A DNA stretch of 64,000 nucleotides from a virus. Taxonomy: Duplodnaviria > Caudoviricetes. Positions 29,544-40,169 of this stretch are shown here, piece by piece. Position 1 is the stretch's first letter, and each line of letters starts with the position of its first letter. Location of the stretch: positions 6,688 through 70,687 of the IMG/VR virus record IMGVR_UViG_2904200584_000016, one strand, 5' to 3'. A program made the translations under genes and the position numbers. The notes under the pieces were generated by a model. It searched no databases. It had not been told where the DNA came from and saw only the letters and a program-made list of their open reading frames with translations.

Positions 29544-29577
29544 GTAGACAATAATTAAAAAATAAATATGAAAGGAG

Positions 29578-30393
29578 ATGGTTAGAATGAATAATTTAAA
29601 CATCAAAGGAAGACAAAAATTTATGGATTTAGAAATACCAGTTATAGAAGGTGGTTTTGGTGAAGATAAAAAATGTATGACGGATAAGACTATAGCCGAG
29701 ATGCATAATATGGAAACCAAGAATGTAAGAGCCAGAATAAATAGTAATATAGCTAGATTTAAAAAAGAAGTTGATTATATTGATTTAAAAGTTGCTTATG
29801 AGGTAAGCGACAATTTACAAATCTTGAAAGCACTTGGTTATAGTAATATGCAAATATCAAAAGCCGATAATATTTATCTTTTATCTGAAAGAGGATATTC
29901 AAAATTAATTAAAATAATGGATACTGATTTAGCCTGGGAAATACACGATAAAATAATGGATGAATACTTCAATATGAGAGAACATTTTATAGATAGTTAT
30001 ATGATTCAAGATTCTATTGAAAGAGCTAAAAGATGGATAGAAGAAGAAAAAGAAAGATTATTACTTAAAGAAACAATTCAAGTTCAACAACCTAAAGTAG
30101 AATATCATGATAAAGTATTAAATCCTGACAAATTAGTTACGACAACAGATATTGCGAAAGATTTAGGAATGACAGCACAAGCATTAAATAAATTACTACA
30201 TTTAAACAGAATTATATATCCAGAAAGAATAAATGGTCGAATAAAATGTTGGAAACCATATAAAAATTATTTATGGTTGATACCTGAATATGCAGATTTT
30301 AAAATAACAGAACATGATACGCAGCTTAAATGGACTGAGATAGGTAGAAAATGGTTAATAGAATTTGTAGAGAACATTAAAAAAATAAGTTAA
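29578..30393 (+). CDS. Phage antirepressor (ORF6N-like plus KilA-C/ANT domains)
   Basis: IEGGFGE...YLLSERGY...QPKVEYHD...TTDIAKDLG...KWTEIGRKW. Confidence 0.85.
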   Translation: MVRMNNLNIKGRQKFMDLEIPVIEGGFGEDKKCMTDKTIAEMHNMETKNVRARINSNIARFKKEVDYIDLKVAYEVSDNLQILKALGYSNMQISKADNIYLLSERGYSKLIKIMDTDLAWEIHDKIMDEYFNMREHFIDSYMIQDSIERAKRWIEEEKERLLLKETIQVQQPKVEYHDKVLNPDKLVTTTDIAKDLGMTAQALNKLLHLNRIIYPERINGRIKCWKPYKNYLWLIPEYADFKITEHDTQLKWTEIGRKWLIEFVENIKKIS

Positions 30394-30692
30394 ATCAAGA
30401 AGTTAAAATGTAACTTGAAAAGTAGATATTTAAAAATATAAAAGATAGGTGATTAAATGATAAAACAAATACTAAATAAAAGAGGTAGTCTATTAAATCT
30501 AGCAAGTGAGTATTTGACAGAACAAGACTACCTCAAGTTTCAAGGATGGTATACGCATAGATATAGTAAGCTGGATGCTTATGATGCTTCTATAAATGAA
30601 TATTTAAATTATAAAAACGACAAAAAATTAATAACTTATGTATTTAATTTAAAATTTCAAGAAGCTCTCATAGAAATATAATATTACTAAAA

Positions 30693-31241
30693 ATGGTGAT
30701 TGAAATGAATTATAATTATGTAACTAAAATTGACTTGAAATATGGAAATACACAATTTGGATTTGAGAAATATAGTGATGCTTTAAATAAGTACAGAGAA
30801 CTTAAAGAAGAATTTAAGTATGTTCCATGTATTATAAAACTTCATTCATATGTAGCACACCAAGATTTATATGTGAAAGAAATTAAAGCTGATGGTTTCG
30901 AAAAGAAATATTTAGATATTAAAAATTTAATAAAATTGTTTAAAGAACATAAACAAAATATATCAGATGAACTAAGTCTTTGTGATAAGAAAAAGGAAGA
31001 AGTATTACATGTAATAGAAGAAATGAATTTAGACACAGCTTCTTTAAATGATAAGATTGATACCATTAAAGAATTAAAAAACACTTTAGCTAAGAGAAGG
31101 TTGGTTAAATATGAACTAAATAAATACTTTGCCTTTTGTAATACATTATATGAAATTGAAGAAGAGTTAAAAAAATATGAATCTAAATATAAACAAAAAG
31201 AAAATCAAGGAAAAAGCAGATTCAAAAAAAATAAAAAATAG
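30693..31241 (+). CDS. Hypothetical coiled-coil phage protein
   Basis: ORF in operon. Confidence 0.6.
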   Translation: MVIEMNYNYVTKIDLKYGNTQFGFEKYSDALNKYRELKEEFKYVPCIIKLHSYVAHQDLYVKEIKADGFEKKYLDIKNLIKLFKEHKQNISDELSLCDKKKEEVLHVIEEMNLDTASLNDKIDTIKELKNTLAKRRLVKYELNKYFAFCNTLYEIEEELKKYESKYKQKENQGKSRFKKNKK

Positions 31242-31652
31242 GTGATTAGATGGAAGAATATCAGTTTAACTTAATAAAAAAGCTTTGTGCTGAAAGAAAA
31301 ATACATAAAGGTTGGTTTAGAAATATTGAAAAATGTGGTTGTGGAGGTAAATGTAATAAGAAAAATTGTAAGATGTTAGAAAAATTATAGGGAGGTACAT
31401 ATGGAAAATCAAATTGAATTAACAGAAAAAGATATAGAGAACACTTTAAGCGCTTTAAATATTATTAAATATATTTGTATAAAATCTAAACATTGCAAAA
31501 ATTGTCCTCTTGGATATATGAAAAATCTTGATGAACATAATTGTATGCTATATGAATTAATAGACAGAGGGTTACTACCATGTGATTGGTCAGTAAAGAA
31601 AGTTACAAGATTGTTAGATACAATATGTGAATAAAATAAAGGAGTTGGTCGA

Positions 31653-32063
31653 ATGGAGTTAGATTTCAGAATTTGGAATGGATTTAGAATGATGCATGGA
31701 GAAGAATTAAGATTATTAACAGAAGAGAAATTTATAAAAAGTGGGTATTCTGAACAGTACTGTAATGATATTTGTATACCAAGGGTAGAAGATTTAAAAG
31801 TAATGCAGTACATAGGATTAAAAGATTATTTTGGGAAAAAGATATTTCACTATGATATTATCAAATTCATATTTGATGGTGCTTGGAAAGTATGTTTAGT
31901 AAATTTATCTTTAACAAAAGGAGCAACAGTTACATTTGAAAGTATAGGTGGGAAATATACTTTTAATTTAAGTGAAATATTTTCAAAGGATAGAAAATTA
32001 GAAATCATAGGTAATTTTTATGAAAATAAAGATATAATCGAAAAATATAATCTTAGTATTTGA
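31653..32063 (+). CDS. YopX-family protein
   Basis: FRIW...MQYIGLKD..GKKIF..DII...EIIGNFYEN. Confidence 0.85.
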   Translation: MELDFRIWNGFRMMHGEELRLLTEEKFIKSGYSEQYCNDICIPRVEDLKVMQYIGLKDYFGKKIFHYDIIKFIFDGAWKVCLVNLSLTKGATVTFESIGGKYTFNLSEIFSKDRKLEIIGNFYENKDIIEKYNLSI

Positions 32064-33399
32064 ATAGGAGAAGAAAATGGATGAAATGATAATTAGGGTG
32101 AAAATGGGAGAACCATTACCAACACTAGGAAAGATAATCAAATGTACTACATGTTTAACTAATGAAGAGAAATGTTTTAAGGTTAATAAGATATGTAAAT
32201 TAAGTTGGATTAACGATAGGGATAGTGAAGGGTTAATTGTAGAATGCAAAGGTAAATATATTAAATATTAATAAGAATAATGAAGTTAAAATCAAGATTT
32301 TAATAGGAGTGATTAAAAATGAAGAAAAATCCAATAAGAATTAAAAAATGTGACTGTGGTGGAGATATATATGAACTTAATACAAAAATAGGCATTATAT
32401 ATCAATGTAAAAATTGTGGAGAAATGTATAAATAAATCAATAAAATGTTGGGGCTGATGAGATGAAAGTTTGGATAGATGCAGGAGAATTTTTAGAAAAT
32501 ATTGAGTGTAAAGAACATATATCTGAATGCAGTTTGAGTGAAATGAAAAATATAAATAACCAAAGAGGTCAGGGAAGAAAAAATAAAAAAATAGAATGCT
32601 TTAATATTAAAACTGGAGAAGTTAGAGTATGTTCTGGGGGAATAGAAGCAAGTGAATATTTAAATGTTAGCTTGAGTTATATTTCTCGTTTAGCTAAAGA
32701 AAAAAAGATGAATAGTTATGGTTGGAAAGTGAGATATATTTAAGATATTACAGATATAGTTATTGAATGTAAATTACTAAATTAAGTAAAAATTAGCATA
32801 GCATGAATCTAAAAGAGTTTGAAAATTATGATAATAAAGGTGGGATTAAGAATGAGAAAAGAGGACTTAGATAAAAGAATATGTGATGTAGAACTTGAAG
32901 CAGATAACATACAAACGTACAGAGAGTTTATTGTTGAAACAGAGGAAGAAATAGGAACAGGTTCAGCAGACTTAGACAATATGACAGATGAGGAATTGAC
33001 TGTGTACTTAGACTTTTTAGATGAATTATTATTGAAATAAAAAGCAGGAGGATATCAAATGGATTTTAATTTTAGAAAGATTTGTGAAAGAGATGAACTT
33101 ACTGATGATTTTATTATAAAAATTTGTCAGTTATCACATGATGAGTTTGGAGGAACTATTTATGTACCATGTAATATTCATCCATGTGGTTGGGATGAAT
33201 TAGAAGTGCCAAATCCAAAAGATTTAGATTCAGATGAATTAATAAGGGATTTCTTATTAGAGTATAAATTCGAATGTGAGAATATATCAGGAAATATTTA
33301 TGATAACAACCATCCATTTATAGGCAAAACATTGAGAGAAATTCTTATGATAGTGGATTGTAAATTTATAATTGGTGTGATGTAAGGAGGAAATTAGTT

Positions 33400-34176
33400 A
33401 TGGGAAATATAGAATTAACACCTAGAGATTATTTTGAAGATATTAAAAATAGAAAGCAAAAGAATACAAATGAAAATCTTGATATAGTATATGAAAATTC
33501 TTTAATTCTTTTAAATAAATATATTATAACTGGTCAAAAAAAGGGTGCTAAGAAGTTAATATTTTTACTTGAATGTATTGAAAAAGAAAGAAATGTGATA
33601 GAGCTGGGAATAGATACATTTGTGTATAAAGAAGACGTAGAAAAATATATTGATTATATATCTAAAAATACAGTAAAGATAATAGAACTCGAAAATTACG
33701 AAAGAGAGATACCTGATGAAATAGTAGAAGTTATAGAAAAAACAAAAGATATATTTGATAAAATGTATGTTTTGTTTACTGATTATACAGGTAAAATTAC
33801 AAAGGAGATAAGTAAAGAGAGGAGAGATAAAGACCCAATATTATTTGGTGTTTTTTCAGATGAGAAAAGCAGAGCTATTGTAGATAGATTTTATTATCTT
33901 GGAGACTGGGAAGATGAGTATTGTGATTTAACATTAGAAAAAATGATAAATGATTATAAGAAAAAAGGAAAACAAGACATATCAAAGCATATAATTACAC
34001 CTAAATCATTAGATGAATTAAAAAAAGAATTAGATTCTTTAGAAAAAAATAATGATACATATAAGCAGATTACCAATATAAAGCCATTACCTACAACAAA
34101 TAACTCTAGTGCAGAACCACCTAAATTAAATATATTTAAAAAAATAAAAAATAGAGTATTTAAAAATGAAAAGTAA
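33400..34176 (+). CDS. Conserved phage hypothetical protein
   Basis: YEREIPDE...DPILFG...RFYYLGDWEDE. Confidence 0.7.
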   Translation: MGNIELTPRDYFEDIKNRKQKNTNENLDIVYENSLILLNKYIITGQKKGAKKLIFLLECIEKERNVIELGIDTFVYKEDVEKYIDYISKNTVKIIELENYEREIPDEIVEVIEKTKDIFDKMYVLFTDYTGKITKEISKERRDKDPILFGVFSDEKSRAIVDRFYYLGDWEDEYCDLTLEKMINDYKKKGKQDISKHIITPKSLDELKKELDSLEKNNDTYKQITNIKPLPTTNNSSAEPPKLNIFKKIKNRVFKNEK

Positions 34177-34606
34177 TGTTGATTTAACAGAAAATAGGGA
34201 TTTTAGAGATGTAAGAGTAAAAGGCATCAGTATTTTAGGTATTGAAGAGATATCAAATAGAATGTTGAGTGGTTTTAGTGATTTTGGAATTGGACATCTT
34301 TATGGTAAAAATTTGGAATTTGAATTTGATAGAAATGAAATATTTTTAACTGGAAATGCGAATGACAGAGAAGAAAAAGAGTTTCTTATGCTTTGTGAAG
34401 AAAATAAGGTTTGTGTTAGATGTGGAGATGAATTAAGAGAAGGATGGAACAAGATAAGCATAGAGTTATGTAATAAATGTTATGAAATATTAGATGTTGA
34501 GTATGAAAATAAAAAGGTAATTCGAGAGTTATTTTTTAGAGATAGAGATGTGAATGCAGAGTTATTTTAGGAGACAGATAAGAAAATAAATAGAGGAGGA
34601 ATTTAT

Positions 34607-35005
34607 ATGCAAAAAGATGTGTGGCTATATAGTTGGGATGATGAATATTTTGCAAGTGATGAATACGAAAGTAAAGAGGAAGCTATTGAAGCAGCTAAGG
34701 AAGAACTTAGAAGGTTGGGGGAGTTCGGTAGATTAGTTTATGTTGGTCAAAAAAAGGAGGTTAATATACCCGACATAGATGCAGGAGAAGCACTAGAGCG
34801 TGTTCAAGATAAAATTGATAATGAATTTGGAGGGTATGGAGAAGATTGGTTTGAAAATATACGTGTTGAAGATATATTGATACTAGAGAGTAGGATAAGC
34901 GAAGTATTTAAAAAATGGATAAATGAATTTGGATATAAACCATATTGGTTTGTTGTTACAGATACAGAGGAAATAGAACTAAAAGATGCTATTAATGAAA
35001 ACTAG
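34607..35005 (+). CDS. Acidic phage protein
   Basis: YESKEEAIEAA...VYVGQ; GGAGG RBS. Confidence 0.65.
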   Translation: MQKDVWLYSWDDEYFASDEYESKEEAIEAAKEELRRLGEFGRLVYVGQKKEVNIPDIDAGEALERVQDKIDNEFGGYGEDWFENIRVEDILILESRISEVFKKWINEFGYKPYWFVVTDTEEIELKDAINEN

Positions 35006-35637
35006 TATTTTCAGTGATGACAACAGTATGACAAGAATAATGAGTATATAAAGGAGTGATGTTTATTAAGAGTTTTAGATGTATATTAGGACACATGTTT
35101 TCAAGGGTAAAAGATTGTTACTTGATTACAACCAGAAGTCAGCAGTATACTTGTAAGATTTGGATGTGTAAATATTGTGGACAAATTGTAGCTGGTTCAA
35201 CTCCTGTTTATCATCCTAATATAAAAGTTAATGAGTATTGTATAAAGTGTGAGTTTTCGGCATGTGCAAATAATTATGAGGGATATTGTAACTCTAAAGA
35301 TAAAGAAATTGAATTTAAGTCTTTTTGCTTAGAAGGTAATAAAGAGATTTCGCAGTGTAAAAATTTTGATTTGGAATAAAATTTAAATTAAATAGGAGGA
35401 TTTTAAAATATGAAAATAAATGTACGTGTTAAAACTAATAAGATTGGTTCAGACTGTGAGCTGGAGCTTGAAATAGATGATGATGATTTAAAAAATATGT
35501 CTGATGAAGATAGAGAGGATTATATAGATAAAATTGCATGGGATTATGTTTTTGAAAATCTTATAGATTGGAATTGGTATGAGGTTGAAGATTAAGTTAA
35601 AACAATAATTTTAATTATTTATAAAGGAGGATTTAAT

Positions 35638-36675
35638 GTGAATAAAGATAATTTAGAAACAATTATAGAAGGTTATAAGGTATTTAATCCAGATTGGACT
35701 TGCAGAAATTTTAAATATGAAGTAGGTAAGACTTATGAACATGATGGAGATATAGAAGTATGTGAAGCTGGATTTCATTTCTGTCAAAAAGCAATTGACT
35801 GTTTTAACTATTATTCTTTTGATAATAAAAATAAAGTTGCTAAAATTGAAGCAATAGGATTAATTAAGACAGATGGTGATAAATCTGTCACAAATAAAAT
35901 TACAATAGTGAAAGAAATTGAATGGGAAGAATTATTAAATATTGTAAATATAGGGAATAACAATACAGGATATGGTAATACAGGAAATCGTAATACAGGA
36001 TATTGTAATTCAGGAAATTGGAATGAAGGATGTTGGAATACAGGAAATTATAATACAGGATATTGTAATTCAGGAAATTGGAATACTGGAAATTATAATA
36101 CAGGAAATCATAATACAGGATATTGTAATTCAGGAAATTGGAATGAAGGATGTTGGAATACAGGAAATTATAATACAGGATATTGTAATTCAGGAAATTG
36201 GAATACTGGAAATTATAATACAGGAAATCATAATACAGGATATTGTAATTCAGGAAATTGGAATGAAGGATGTTGGAATACAGGAAATTATAATATAGGG
36301 AATTGTAACTCAGGAGATTGGAACATAGGAGATTATAATGCAGGTGTATTTTGTACAGACGTTCCAAAAATTAGGATGTTTAATAAAGAAACCGATTTAA
36401 CATATGAGGATTGGATGAATAGTGAGGCACGAAATATTTTAAAAAGAAATAGTTATTTAACAAAATGGATTCGCATTGATGACATGACAGAAGAAGAAGA
36501 GAAGAATAATCCAGGATATGAAATTAATAATGGTTATTTAAAGGTGTTTACATTTGAGGAGATGTGCAAGAACATGTGGGATAGCTTAACTGAGGAAGAA
36601 AAGAAAATTATTATGGAAATACCAAATTTTGATAGGGGTATCTTTAAAGAAATAACTGGAATAGAGGGACTTTAA
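35638..36675 (+). CDS. Pentapeptide (NTGxx)-repeat phage protein
   Basis: GYKVF...CEAGFHFC N-domain; 15-nt repeats with an exact 120-bp higher-order period (36001/36121/36241). Confidence 0.85.
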   Translation: MNKDNLETIIEGYKVFNPDWTCRNFKYEVGKTYEHDGDIEVCEAGFHFCQKAIDCFNYYSFDNKNKVAKIEAIGLIKTDGDKSVTNKITIVKEIEWEELLNIVNIGNNNTGYGNTGNRNTGYCNSGNWNEGCWNTGNYNTGYCNSGNWNTGNYNTGNHNTGYCNSGNWNEGCWNTGNYNTGYCNSGNWNTGNYNTGNHNTGYCNSGNWNEGCWNTGNYNIGNCNSGDWNIGDYNAGVFCTDVPKIRMFNKETDLTYEDWMNSEARNILKRNSYLTKWIRIDDMTEEEEKNNPGYEINNGYLKVFTFEEMCKNMWDSLTEEEKKIIMEIPNFDRGIFKEITGIEGL

Positions 36676-36798
36676 ACTAAAAATAAAGGAGTATAGCATA
36701 GTGGATAAAGAAGAACATACAGATTGTTATGGTAATTGTAAAGAATGTGATGAATATCATAAGATGCTATGCAATTCATTATATGAGGAGGATTAGAA

Positions 36799-37416
36799 AT
36801 GGCTAAATATGATTTATTATTAGAATTGAATAATATTTTGTCTAAGATAGAGAAGTATTGTGATAAAACGATTAAAAATAATAACGATAAAGAATTGAGA
36901 ACCTGCACTAATTGCGAATTTGCTTATTATGGTAGTTATGTTGAAAGCGGATGTGTTTGTACAGATATTGAAGGATTTGGCATACATGATATGGTAAAAA
37001 GAATTATTGAAAAAAATAAAGAAAAGATTGATTTAGAAAGAAAAATAAAGTATCCAGCTATATATAAACATTTTAAAGGCGGATTTTATACAGTTATGGG
37101 AATTAGTAAGGCTGTTACTGGTGATGAACTTGATAATATATTTAAAAATATGGGATGCATAAACAGACTGGATGTACTTGAATATAGATTTGGTTCTAGG
37201 CATACAGAAACTAAGGAAAATGTAATTATATATAGAGACAATAAAGGCAATTTATATCATTATAAAGATGTTGACAATAATACGAATTTAGTAATATATA
37301 AAACTTTATATGATGGAAGTGGAGCTTATGCAAGACCTATTGAAATGTTTTTATCTAAAGTAGATAAAGAAAAATATCCTAACATTGCTCAAGAATATAG
37401 ATTTGAAGAGGTGTAA
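36799..37416 (+). CDS. DUF1653-domain protein with Cys-rich N-terminus
   Basis: YKHFKGGFY...HTET...VIYKTLY...YARPIEMFLSKVDKEKYP...QEYRFE. Confidence 0.8.
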   Translation: MAKYDLLLELNNILSKIEKYCDKTIKNNNDKELRTCTNCEFAYYGSYVESGCVCTDIEGFGIHDMVKRIIEKNKEKIDLERKIKYPAIYKHFKGGFYTVMGISKAVTGDELDNIFKNMGCINRLDVLEYRFGSRHTETKENVIIYRDNKGNLYHYKDVDNNTNLVIYKTLYDGSGAYARPIEMFLSKVDKEKYPNIAQEYRFEEV

Positions 37417-37418
37417 AT

Positions 37419-38540
37419 ATGCCAACATTTAATAGATATAAAATGGAAGAGTTAATTGGATTACAGGATGAAAGATGGAGAAATGAAGAATTCAGAAATA
37501 GACGCTTAGCTGAGTTAATTTCTAGAAATATTACATACTACACTTCTAATCCTACAATTATTGACCAATTTGATAATGAGCTTAGAGGGATAGCAAATAA
37601 ATTTGAGAGATGGAATATGAGACATTTTTTTGCTCAACTTACCCCAATAAAAAAAGTTGAAAGAGGGGATGTGACAAGAAGATATTTAAATCCACATTAC
37701 TATACCCCTGATGAATTTAATTTCAACAATATTGCAAATGATACAGAAAAACTGTATCTAGGAATAGAATTAGAAATAGATAAAGGTGGTAAAAATGAAG
37801 AAAATGCAAAATTTATTCAAAATTTCTTAGGAGAAAAAAATTGTTATATAGTTAAAGATGGAAGTTTAGAGGATGGGTTAGAAATAGTAACACATCCTTG
37901 TACATTACAATATCACAAAAAATTAGCATATAAAGATTTATTTAAAAGATTAGAAGAAAAAGGATATAAGTCTCATGATACAAAAACTTGCGGATATCAT
38001 GTACATGTAAATAGAGATTTTTTTAGTACTGATTTAACAATACAGGATTTATGTATTACGAAGATTTTATATTTAATAGAAAAATATTGGGAATATGTTA
38101 AAGCAATAGCTAGAAGGAATTCAAATCAGTATTCTCAAAGGTTAGGTATCAAAGACAATGAAAGTATGTTTGAACTTTTAATTAAAGCAAAAGGAAATAA
38201 TTATAGGTCTAAATATAATGTAGTTAATTTAGAGCATGATGAAACAATTGAATTTAGAATGTTTAGAGGAACATTGAAATATGAGACCTTTATAGCGACT
38301 ATGGAGTTTATATATAATTTAGCTTACATATGCAAAGACACATCTTTAGAGAACATACAAAATGTAGAATTTCAAGACATATTAAATGTTTGTCAATCAG
38401 AGTATTTATTAGAGTATTTTAATAGTAGAATTGAAAATATGAAAAGTACAATTGATTCAGAAGATGAATATAAAATAAGCCCAAGAAGAGAGTTATTTTT
38501 TACTGATGAATGGTCTCTTTACTCTAATGGAAGACGATAG
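37419..38540 (+). CDS. Putative amidoligase-family enzyme
   Basis: GIELE, DGSL..GLEIVTHP, TCGYHVHV, TIEFRMF. Confidence 0.8.
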   Translation: MPTFNRYKMEELIGLQDERWRNEEFRNRRLAELISRNITYYTSNPTIIDQFDNELRGIANKFERWNMRHFFAQLTPIKKVERGDVTRRYLNPHYYTPDEFNFNNIANDTEKLYLGIELEIDKGGKNEENAKFIQNFLGEKNCYIVKDGSLEDGLEIVTHPCTLQYHKKLAYKDLFKRLEEKGYKSHDTKTCGYHVHVNRDFFSTDLTIQDLCITKILYLIEKYWEYVKAIARRNSNQYSQRLGIKDNESMFELLIKAKGNNYRSKYNVVNLEHDETIEFRMFRGTLKYETFIATMEFIYNLAYICKDTSLENIQNVEFQDILNVCQSEYLLEYFNSRIENMKSTIDSEDEYKISPRRELFFTDEWSLYSNGRR

Positions 38541-39124
38541 ATATAATAGAATATTAAATAAAGATTAGAAGAGGTATAAATGTGAGTGAAATCAATAAGA
38601 AAGAAGTAAATGATAAAAAGATTCATCTCTATGGAGAAGAGATATCTATTCCATCTAGATTGTGGTTTTATTTTAATAAATGGTTGGAAACTAGTAAAAA
38701 TAAAATAAGGAGGGATTAGTTTGAATATAAATAAATTAAAAAAAATAAAAGAAAGAGAAGCAAAAAGATGGAATATAGAAAAAATTACTAATAGGATAAA
38801 TGACCATATGAACATTCAGGATGATATAGAAAAATTGGATAAATTTGAAACACCAGTTATTAGTAAGGAGGTAGATTTTTATTTATTGAAAATAGGATTT
38901 CAATATGAAAGGAATAATGGAAGGAATGCCTTAGTAGGAATTAAGGATATGCGTCATATATCAATAAGTAAAGTTAATTCTAACTTATTATCAATAGATA
39001 TACATAAATTTATTAAACAAGAAAATGGAAAACTTAGTGAATTTAAAGCACATGAATATATAGAAAAGTAATTAAAACAAATGTTTTAATGTGATTTTAC
39101 CTAGTAGGTACAAGGAGGTTTTTA

Positions 39125-39526
39125 ATGAAAGAGCTTTTAGAAGTAAAAAAAATATTTGATAGTTTAGCATCTACATCTAGTAGAAAAGAAAAAGAGAGAA
39201 TATTAGAAAAATATAAAAATAATAGAATGTTTGTTGAATGTTTACAATTTCTGCTAGATTCAAATATTCTCACTGGAATATCTAAGAATAAAATATGTAA
39301 GAATCTAAATAATACTAGTCATAATGAATTAGAGAACATATATGATATGCTTGACTATTTAATTAAGAATAATACTGGCAGAAATATAGATGTAAAAACA
39401 ATACAAGTATTTGCCAGTAAAGATGAAAAATTAAAAGATTTTATTTTTAATTTAGCTACAAAATCAATTAAATTAGGAATAACATATAAGACTGTAGACA
39501 AAATAATGCCAGGTTTAATTATCTAA
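39125..39526 (+). CDS. Stand-alone N-terminal domain of a phage ATP-dependent DNA ligase
   Basis: TSSRKEKERIL...TGIS...NNTG...KSIKLGIT..TV..IMPGLI; no catalytic domain follows. Confidence 0.6.
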   Translation: MKELLEVKKIFDSLASTSSRKEKERILEKYKNNRMFVECLQFLLDSNILTGISKNKICKNLNNTSHNELENIYDMLDYLIKNNTGRNIDVKTIQVFASKDEKLKDFIFNLATKSIKLGITYKTVDKIMPGLII

Positions 39527-39554
39527 TAAATTTTGTATTTTTTACCAAAAACTA

Positions 39555-39610
39555 TTGAGAACATAGAGGTTATATGATATAATAAAAATATATTGAGAAC
39601 AGAGAAGTTA
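39555..39610 (+). promoter_or_regulatory. Promoter TTGAGA-17-TATAAT with two shared operators
   Basis: GAACATAGAGGTTA (39559) and GAACAGAGAAGTTA (39597). Confidence 0.7.
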
Positions 39611-40169
39611 AAAAAGGGGGCAATGAGATGACTGACAAAATAATAATAGCAAGTGTAGATGGAGAGGAAATGATATTTAGAACTGAAATGAAAAAGTTAG
39701 AAAAAGGAGATAGTCTTATAGTTTCTGTAAATGGTGTAAAAAGATTAGCTCTATTCATTAGGTATATAAGTACTTGTGAAGAATATATAGAAGATATAGC
39801 ATTTCAAAAAGTAGATGAAATATTATATGAAAACACAATTGCCAAAGAAAAAGAAAGAGTTAAAAAGGTATTTAAAGATAAGTGTATGAAAAATTATAAA
39901 CCTATTGTTAATACAGAAATAGACTCTTATTTGAGAGAATGTGGTTTCAATTGTGATGGTAGACAATTTTTCAAAAGTATAGACAATACACAAATTTTAA
40001 TTAGCAGGGATTGTGATAAAGATGTTTTGACTGTATCGAAAGGTTTGACAATAACTAAAACAGATATAACAAATAAAAATTTAATTACAGTTATTAAAAT
40101 AATAAATAATAGTCTATTAATAGTTAGGTAATAGAAATAAATATTTTTATAATAAAAGGGAGTGATTTA

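Noticed and set aside
35950-36345. Diversity-generating retroelement TR/VR pair
   Set aside because: Repeats are tandem and coding; no reverse transcriptase in the window
35900-36367. Alternative-frame ORFs 35900-36367 (-) and 35972-36298 (+)
   Set aside because: Shadows of the 15-nt repeat tract in the pentapeptide gene; no RBS
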